From: an uncultured Candidatus Saccharibacteria bacterium
GTDB taxonomy: Bacteria > Patescibacteriota > Saccharimonadia > CAZBQI01
Length of the DNA stretch: 64,000 nucleotides
NCBI GenBank assembly: GCA_964494105.1
Contig: CAZBQI010000002.1
Coordinates: 18,936-82,935, forward strand
Reading direction: 5' to 3'
Below the pieces are notes generated by a model, which was not told where the DNA came from, searched no databases, and saw nothing but the letters and a program-made list of their open reading frames with translations. The position numbers and the translations under genes were made by a program. How positions within the stretch are numbered: the first letter of the stretch is position 1; every line of letters begins with the position of its first letter. Shown one piece after another: positions 57,702 through 64,000 of this stretch.

Positions 57702-59384
57702 TCAGACTGACTCATTTAGCAGGTTATGAGTATGTTTTTCCTTGAGAGCATTGAATTCTCCCTGCTTAAAACCATGCCGATCGATAAGCTTGCTAACGCG
57801 TTCACTGCTAACATGGTGGGGCATCATAACGTAATTAGCTCCAGCCTCATAAAGCTCCAGTGCGTCTTCTGTATTGTCACTGCGAATGCTACCAATAATA
57901 ACAGCCTTTTTGTTTTGGTAGCGAACGTGATTAACAATTAAATTGTTAGTATTATGATCTGTTACGTTTACTACGACTAGCTTAGTTTTATCCAAATTAA
58001 GTTCGTCTAGAAATTCACTATCGTTAGCATCCCCATAACGACACGGAACTCCACGTGCCGTTAGCCAATCAATAGTTTCCGGGTCAAAATCTACAACCAA
58101 GTATCGATGACTGAGCTTTCTGAATGATTCTATAAATTTATGACTCCCCCCGCGATAGCCAAACAGCACACAATCGTAACTGTATCCACGAGCACGTTCA
58201 CTACGTAAGTTTTTTCGCTCAAACAAAGAGAGCAAAGGCGAAAATAACTTTAATAACTTATCGTCATAAATTATGAAATAGGTTGAAACCGCAATGGTAA
58301 TAGCGCTCACTTGAGTCAAAACACTTGCTACATTCTGGCCAACCTGACCCATTTGTACCCCAAGCAGAACCAGTACTATGGAGAATTCACTAATTTGAGA
58401 TAATGTCACTCCAGCCTTAAAACTCGTCTTCTTTGTATAGCCCAGTATGCCCATAAGTGCCATTATTATCAGTGGTTTAAAGACTAGTACAAATAGACTT
58501 ATTATTAGAGCAGGAATAAAAGTTGTAATTATATTGTTGAATGTCATTGTAGAGCCAAGGACAATAAAGAAAATAATAATAAAGAAATCCCTAAGCGGGC
58601 GCATACGTGAGCTTATTTCGTAACTATATGGGGTGGCTGCTAGTGCGACGCCAGCAGCTAAGGCGCCAATTTCTACCGAGAACCCTAAGGTCTGGCAAAG
58701 CGCCGCAACACCCAAGCCCCATCCAATTGCAAATAGAAACAGAAATTCTTGACTCTTTGCAAAAAAACCAGAGAGTTTTGGCATTACGTAAACCGCAATT
58801 AGCGTTGTGCCTAAAACGAATAAACCTCCCTTAACAAATGTGTTGAATGCGAGTGAACCCAGGCTATTTGAGTTATTTACGCCAGCAGCAGCTATTAGTA
58901 CCAAAGCCGCAACAACATCCTGCACAAGCAAAAAACCGGTAGCCACCTTGCCATGCAAACGACCCAGCTCCTTGCTATCGCTTAGCAATTTCAACACAAT
59001 AATCGTACTACTAAAGGCTGTTGCCACACCGATATATAGTGCGGACACCGTTCCAAAACCCAGTAGTCTACCCAGGGCAAAGCCAGCAACACTGGTAATA
59101 ATTATTTGGCTTATACCGCCAATTAGTGCGATCTTACCTACTTCACGCACAACTCGAGGGTTCAGACCGATACCAATAATAAAAAGCAGCAAAGCAATAC
59201 CTAGGTGGGAGAATAAATCAATTACATCATTCGACTGCACCAGGTTAAGAAATGTCGGACCAACTAACAAGCCGGTAAGTATGTAGCCAATTATTAGTGG
59301 CTGCCGAAGCAAGCGCATAACTGCCGCCACCCCAGTCGCAACCACCAAAATCAGACTTAATTCTACGAACACATCTGATTGCAT
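57702..59384 (-). CDS. cation:proton antiporter (CPA2/KefB-like) with C-terminal TrkA-N/RCK domain
   Basis: About 12 TM helices, then a Rossmann-like domain (YLVVDFDPETIDWLTARGVPCRYGDANDSEFL). 560 aa. Confidence 0.85.
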   Translation of the reverse strand: MQSDVFVELSLILVVATGVAAVMRLLRQPLIIGYILTGLLVGPTFLNLVQSNDVIDLFSHLGIALLLFIIGIGLNPRVVREVGKIALIGGISQIIITSVAGFALGRLLGFGTVSALYIGVATAFSSTIIVLKLLSDSKELGRLHGKVATGFLLVQDVVAALVLIAAAGVNNSNSLGSLAFNTFVKGGLFVLGTTLIAVYVMPKLSGFFAKSQEFLFLFAIGWGLGVAALCQTLGFSVEIGALAAGVALAATPYSYEISSRMRPLRDFFIIIFFIVLGSTMTFNNIITTFIPALIISLFVLVFKPLIIMALMGILGYTKKTSFKAGVTLSQISEFSIVLVLLGVQMGQVGQNVASVLTQVSAITIAVSTYFIIYDDKLLKLFSPLLSLFERKNLRSERARGYSYDCVLFGYRGGSHKFIESFRKLSHRYLVVDFDPETIDWLTARGVPCRYGDANDSEFLDELNLDKTKLVVVNVTDHNTNNLIVNHVRYQNKKAVIIGSIRSDNTEDALELYEAGANYVMMPHHVSSERVSKLIDRHGFKQGEFNALKEKHTHNLLNESV

Positions 59385-59617
59385 ACTTCTATAGTACTAA
59401 AAAGATCGTGTTAACTATACTTTTTGCGCAAGATTTACTTTTACTTGGTAAAGCTGCGGGCGATAGACTAGCTTAATAGCCATAATGCCTCTCCTTTTGT
59501 TTATTTTTAATGTTTTGTCGAGCTATTTTTTGCTCGTATTTTGTTTTTGTATGGAGAGTTTTTTGCTCTCTTTAACAATGTCTATATTATGGGGCTTATG
59601 TTTATATAATGTCAAGT

Positions 59618-60373
59618 TTAGTTTGCGCTAAACTTTAGGGTTTTTGTGACCATGGTTATAAACGTTTCGAGTTCATTCGGATAATTTTGCTCTTGTGCAT
59701 ATGAAGCTACGTATGTTCGATTATTGGTAAAGAATACGTACATGACGTTTTTTGTTCCCTTGTTGCGTAAGCCCTGCCCATTATCAACAAAACTTACTCT
59801 TGTGCCTTTAACTCCATTCAAAGCTACTGACTCTGTTTTGAAATCTTCTTGGAAACCCGGGTCGGCTGTTGTTATCTCCTTTACTTTATCACCTGCTGTT
59901 GACGCAATTGTAATTAGACTCGCCTTATCGGATTGACATATGGCTAGAGACTCCGTTGTTGGTGCGGTATGAAAGCCAATACTAGCTCCTTCACACTCAG
60001 TTAGGGTCGCCCAGGTTGGTGGATACTTCAAACTAAAACCTTGGGTTTTATCTTCATAGCTTTTCCAATCAGCTAATTCTTCGAGTTGTTCATTTGCGTT
60101 TTCTGCCGATGCTTTGTTTTGCAAAAGCTTAACCTGATTTTGTAATTGGGTAATTTGCTCTTGTTTCTTTGTAATCTGGTTATTTTGATAAGTCCAGGTC
60201 CCGGCAACACCGGCAAACATAAGTAGCACACCAATTACTACCAGTATTAAGCTTTTGACCAAGCCTTTCTTATCACTATTTGGCTGATATTTCTCACCAG
60301 GCTCCACCGGAGGCATATAAGAATTAGGGTGCTCTTCTTGCTTACTGGATTGATTATTCTGTTCTTGTTCCAT
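59618..60373 (-). CDS. hypothetical membrane-anchored protein
   Basis: 251 aa: Pro-rich N-terminus, one TM helix, a coiled coil (ITQLQNQVKLLQNKASAENANEQLEEL), and a C-terminal globular domain. Confidence 0.4.
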   Translation of the reverse strand: MEQEQNNQSSKQEEHPNSYMPPVEPGEKYQPNSDKKGLVKSLILVVIGVLLMFAGVAGTWTYQNNQITKKQEQITQLQNQVKLLQNKASAENANEQLEELADWKSYEDKTQGFSLKYPPTWATLTECEGASIGFHTAPTTESLAICQSDKASLITIASTAGDKVKEITTADPGFQEDFKTESVALNGVKGTRVSFVDNGQGLRNKGTKNVMYVFFTNNRTYVASYAQEQNYPNELETFITMVTKTLKFSAN

Positions 60374-60402
60374 TGCTATAAAGCCTATTATAACCTATGT
60401 GA

Positions 60403-61554
60403 CTACAAGTAGTTCTGGCCGGGGTCTGTAACTAAAATGTCATGCGGGTGGTTTTCATTCAAACTGGCTTGAGTAATTTGAGTGAATTTTGCTTTCTTCC
60501 ATAGCTCATTAATGTTTCTGGCCCCGACATAGAAAAATCCAGAGCGAATACCGCCCTCTAGTTGATCTACCACGTCTTGTAGAGTGCCACGATATGGCGT
60601 AAAGCCTTCAACTCCCTCCGCCACCAGCACCTTGCGCGAACTAAAGCTTTTGCCGTGAAATTCATCTTCGGCTTGAATGGATGCACCGTGCTTCATTGCC
60701 GGTAAGCTACCCATACCCCGGTATTGTTTAAACTTAAATTTATTAGTTTTGCCGTTCAATATGCTTTGAAAACGCCTCGGGACATTTTTGGCCTCTAACT
60801 CCACGACTCTGCCTGGGGCCTCCTTGGTACCGGCAAACATCGAGCCCATCATAACCGTACTTGCGCCGGCGGCTAGAGCTTTTACAATTTCGCCGGAGTG
60901 CTTGATGCCGCCATCTGCAATTACCGGTACGCCGTGTTTTTTGGCAACTGAAGCTGACTCTATAATGGCAGTTATTTGAGGTACGCCCATTCCGGAAATA
61001 ACTCGTGTTGTGCAAATACTGCCCGGCCCCATGCCCACACGCAGACCATCGGCACCGGCATCTATTAATGCTTTGGCAGCGTCAGCCGTAGCAATACTAC
61101 CCGCAATAACTTGTAGTTTCGGATAAGTTTTTTTTATGTACTTGAGCGCATCAATCACGAATTTCGTGTATCCGTGCGCCGTATCAATTACTACTACGTC
61201 TACCTTTGAGTCTACTAGCGCTCTGACGCGTTTTTCATAACCCTTCATAGTGCCTATTGCCGCACCGGCGATCTGCTTTTGTAGCTTAACTTTCTTGATT
61301 TCCACTACTTGGTTTTTAATGCTTAAACTACGATGGATAATACCAATACCGCCAATTTTAGCCAGCGAAATTGCTAGTTTGCTCTCGGTTACTGTGTCCA
61401 TAGGCGATGAAACCAGTGGAAAACTAAGTTTTATTTTTTTAGTCAGTTGTGTTGAAAGATCAATATCGGAGCGGGTAAAGTCGACGTATCCCGGCAACAG
61501 TAAAATGTCATCATACGTAAGGCCTTTTAGGAATTTTTGATCCTCTATACCCAT
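60403..61554 (-). CDS. guaB: IMP dehydrogenase / GMP reductase family protein (no CBS insert)
   Basis: Catalytic loop [29 protein letters not shown], and GIGIIHRS. 383 aa with no CBS pair. Confidence 0.8.
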   Translation of the reverse strand: MGIEDQKFLKGLTYDDILLLPGYVDFTRSDIDLSTQLTKKIKLSFPLVSSPMDTVTESKLAISLAKIGGIGIIHRSLSIKNQVVEIKKVKLQKQIAGAAIGTMKGYEKRVRALVDSKVDVVVIDTAHGYTKFVIDALKYIKKTYPKLQVIAGSIATADAAKALIDAGADGLRVGMGPGSICTTRVISGMGVPQITAIIESASVAKKHGVPVIADGGIKHSGEIVKALAAGASTVMMGSMFAGTKEAPGRVVELEAKNVPRRFQSILNGKTNKFKFKQYRGMGSLPAMKHGASIQAEDEFHGKSFSSRKVLVAEGVEGFTPYRGTLQDVVDQLEGGIRSGFFYVGARNINELWKKAKFTQITQASLNENHPHDILVTDPGQNYL

Positions 61555-61607
61555 AACTTATTCTAGAAAATCTAGCGACCCCTGTCAATCGCAAACGCAA
61601 GATCCGG

Positions 61608-62012
61608 CTATTCGTCTAGAGTTTCGGCCAGCTGTTTGAGCGGACCAACATAATACTCATCCCATCCATTACTAATATTCCTCGCTGCTTTATCGGGCAC
61701 TTTAGAATGGGTTAACTCTAATATCGTGTAGCCTTTTTCCGCCCGAAGCATGAAAACCACTTCAGATGCTTCTTCGAAATTATCTGACTCGCTATACCAA
61801 TCTTGCCTAAGCAACTTATTATTTACTACTTCCTTGTTTTCCCCATATATATCTCCATCCCATAGCTTAAACCTGGTACCAACTTGATCGTTCATAACTA
61901 CGCCCGGTCCACCGCCCCATGATTCTATAGACGCCGAATCTGTCAGTGCTTTCCATACAAGCTCTACAGGAGCATTGATTCTATATGACTTCTTTATTAT
62001 TTTCATAGCCAA
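61608..62012 (-). CDS. SRPBCC family protein (AHSA1/polyketide-cyclase-like)
   Basis: KKSYRINAPVELVWKALTDSASIESWGGG, which resembles the Activator-of-Hsp90-ATPase/SRPBCC fold. 134 aa. Confidence 0.55.
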   Translation of the reverse strand: MAMKIIKKSYRINAPVELVWKALTDSASIESWGGGPGVVMNDQVGTRFKLWDGDIYGENKEVVNNKLLRQDWYSESDNFEEASEVVFMLRAEKGYTILELTHSKVPDKAARNISNGWDEYYVGPLKQLAETLDE

Positions 62013-62109
62013 CCAGAAACTAGTTGCGCTAGTTCTACATTTCTGCCGTGAAATCCGTGATCTGCATCGTTTAGGATTTTATTAGTGAACTGAACCAACT
62101 TCAAATTAT

Positions 62110-62673
62110 TCATTGTTTTACACCTAGTAAGCCAGTTGCAAGTCCTGCTCTCAGAATTACCGAAATCGTTATTGACTCTATAATTGATTGGTTTTTTATC
62201 AACTTAATAACATCATTAAATGCGACAAATTCGCAATTAGTAATTCCCTCGTCCTCCTGCTCGGCTCCCGAAACTTCCTTCAGTTTGCGGGCTACAAAAA
62301 TGTCTCCACCTATCCTGGTAGCGCCGCTCATGACGTTTAGCTTACCAATATTCTCCCACTGCTCAGCGGCTAAACCAGTCTCTTCGCGTAGCTCTCTTTT
62401 TGCAGCAAAAAGTGGTTCCTGATGATCTGTAAATCCTCCGGGGACTTCTACCGATTTTTTATTATGAGGGTAACGATACTGCGTAACCATGCATATTTCG
62501 TTCTGATGATTAAGCGCAACTATCCATACTCCGGGACCCGGTGGTTGCTCAATAACACTATAAATTCCGGGGCGACCGTCGGGATGAACTACCTCGTCTT
62601 CAAGCACGCGTATCCATTCGCTCTCGTAAACAACTTTCGACGATTTTCGTTGATATGGCTGTAAATTACTCAT
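62110..62673 (-). CDS. NUDIX hydrolase (ADP-ribose pyrophosphatase-like)
   Basis: Nudix box GGFTDHQEPLFAAKRELREETGL. 187 aa. Confidence 0.75.
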   Translation of the reverse strand: MSNLQPYQRKSSKVVYESEWIRVLEDEVVHPDGRPGIYSVIEQPPGPGVWIVALNHQNEICMVTQYRYPHNKKSVEVPGGFTDHQEPLFAAKRELREETGLAAEQWENIGKLNVMSGATRIGGDIFVARKLKEVSGAEQEDEGITNCEFVAFNDVIKLIKNQSIIESITISVILRAGLATGLLGVKQ

Positions 62674-63479
62674 TACACTACCTGCTCAGGATTCCAGCAA
62701 GTTCGAAGGTCCTCATTTAGTGCGCCAATTAACTCCATATCAGCATCGCTAATACTAAAATCGAATACCTCAAAATTCTCTTTAATACGGGCCGGGTGCG
62801 AAGATTTTGGTATAACAATATTGCCTAGTTGTAGACTCCAGCGAATCATAATTTGGGCAGTTGTTTTTTTATATTTCTTAGACAGGCTAGTAATAGTTGA
62901 GTTTTCCTGCCTGCGACCATGCGCCAGTGGGCTGTATGCTTCAAGTGCAATATTCTTGCTCTGGCAGTATTTTAGCAAAACTTTCTGATATAAATACGGA
63001 TGGAACTCAACCTGATTTACTGCCGGAACAACATTGGAATTTTGAATTAATTCTTCTAGATGTCGGGCTGTAAAGTTACTGACACCAATCGCTTTTACTT
63101 TGCCTTTGGCTAACTCACCTTCCAAAATCTTCCAGGTTCGCAAACGTTCTTTAACTGGCCAGTGAATAAGATATAAATCTACATAGTCGGTGCCAAGTCG
63201 ACGCAAGCTATCGTCAAGGGCTTTGACTGGATCTCTGTGTTGAGTGTTAAAAATTTTGGTGGTAATAAATACATCTTCGCGTTTCATGCCACTTGCCGAA
63301 ATTGCCTTACCAACTCGACTCTCATTTCGATAAATCCTGGCAGTATCTATATGTCGATAACCAATTTCTAATGCCGACGTGACTGCATGCTCAGCTTTGG
63401 GTCCAATAATCATCCATGTGCCCAGTCCAAGTTGCGGAATATTTACGCCATTATTAAGGGTAACCATCGGTGAGTCCAT
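62673..63479 (-). CDS. aldo/keto reductase (DkgA-like)
   Basis: IGYRHIDTARIYRNE; YVDLYLIHWP; IGVSNF; IPKSSHPARI. 268 aa. Confidence 0.9.
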   Translation of the reverse strand: MDSPMVTLNNGVNIPQLGLGTWMIIGPKAEHAVTSALEIGYRHIDTARIYRNESRVGKAISASGMKREDVFITTKIFNTQHRDPVKALDDSLRRLGTDYVDLYLIHWPVKERLRTWKILEGELAKGKVKAIGVSNFTARHLEELIQNSNVVPAVNQVEFHPYLYQKVLLKYCQSKNIALEAYSPLAHGRRQENSTITSLSKKYKKTTAQIMIRWSLQLGNIVIPKSSHPARIKENFEVFDFSISDADMELIGALNEDLRTCWNPEQVV

Positions 63480-63488
63480 TGCTTTATT

Positions 63489-64000
63489 CTAACACCTGTA
63501 AATCTGGCTTTCGGTTATCACCTCATCTAGCTTTATGTCATGTGCTTGAGCCGGAATGCTATCGACTTTCTGTAATTCGAAAGCCAAACCAATTTTTTTG
63601 GCACCCTGGAAGTGTGAAAGCAACTTATCGTAAAAACCACCTCCATGCCCAAGTCGATTTCCGCTTACATCAAAAGCTACTAGTGGTAGTAGAAAGACAT
63701 TAATTTCATTATTCGGTTGCATTTCACGAACCGTAGGGAAAACTTGTGTATTGAAACTTACGACATTCGCGCTAGTTACCATGCGAGACTTATGGGCTTG
63801 ATTAGCAATCGGCATATATATACTCATCGTAGGATAAGACGATTCTAAATGCTTAATTATTGGCTGGGTTAACGGCTCTTTCAGTGTGTCGAGCGCTTCG
63901 TAAATGTGTACAGCTTGGTTTTCACTCAACACAAGGTGATTTCTTAATTGCTGGAGGATGAGACTGCTTTTTCTCGCAATCTCTGCTTCGGTAAGGTTTT
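63489..64000 (-). CDS. 5-formyltetrahydrofolate cyclo-ligase (N-terminus beyond window end)
   Basis: GHGGGFYDKLL motif. The listed start is a GTG, and the frame stays open upstream to the window edge, so the CDS is 5'-partial here. Confidence 0.7.
   Translation of the reverse strand, partial: NLTEAEIARKSSLILQQLRNHLVLSENQAVHIYEALDTLKEPLTQPIIKHLESSYPTMSIYMPIANQAHKSRMVTSANVVSFNTQVFPTVREMQPNNEINVFLLPLVAFDVSGNRLGHGGGFYDKLLSHFQGAKKIGLAFELQKVDSIPAQAHDIKLDEVITESQIYRC

Noticed and set aside
59385-59617. Hairpins (GGAGAG-TTTTTTG-CTCTC; AAGTTTAG...CTAAACTT) as terminators
   Set aside because: T-tracts are weak or absent on the appropriate strand. These may be incidental AT-rich structure in a long promoter region.

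Overview
This 64 kb window appears to be a gene-dense chromosomal segment from a low-GC (roughly 40-45%), small-genome, Gram-positive-type (monoderm) bacterium that uses the standard genetic code (TGA is read as stop). The gene content fits a Patescibacteria/CPR organism such as Saccharibacteria, but that assignment is an inference from context and not established by any search. Housekeeping genes are ruvCAB plus yebC, the CIRCE-controlled hrcA-grpE-dnaK-dnaJ heat-shock operon (with a VKOR gene embedded), lepA, murJ, ftsH, tilS, murC-like, pyrBI, purA, folC-folK, aspS, guaB-like, mscL/mscS, and four tRNAs. Three of the tRNAs carry a CAT anticodon, and one of these is an initiator-type tRNA-fMet. 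There is also a DNA-uptake/type IV pilus set (PilN/PilO-like, ComEC, and a prepilin with a long leader). The most notable accessory content is a clear heliorhodopsin (HeR) gene in a small operon with a histidine phosphatase. There is a cassette of two ATP-grasp (RimK-type) ligases flanking a retropepsin-like aspartic peptidase. There are two sortase loci, one next to three paralogous LADTG-anchored surface proteins with cadherin-like and YVTN beta-propeller domains and a DsbA gene. Finally, tRNA-fMet is followed by a 16-bp direct repeat of its 3' end and a diverged second copy of the whole tRNA-plus-terminator module; these flank two hypothetical genes of higher GC and may be an island remnant. 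No CRISPR array, integrase or transposase was recognised.
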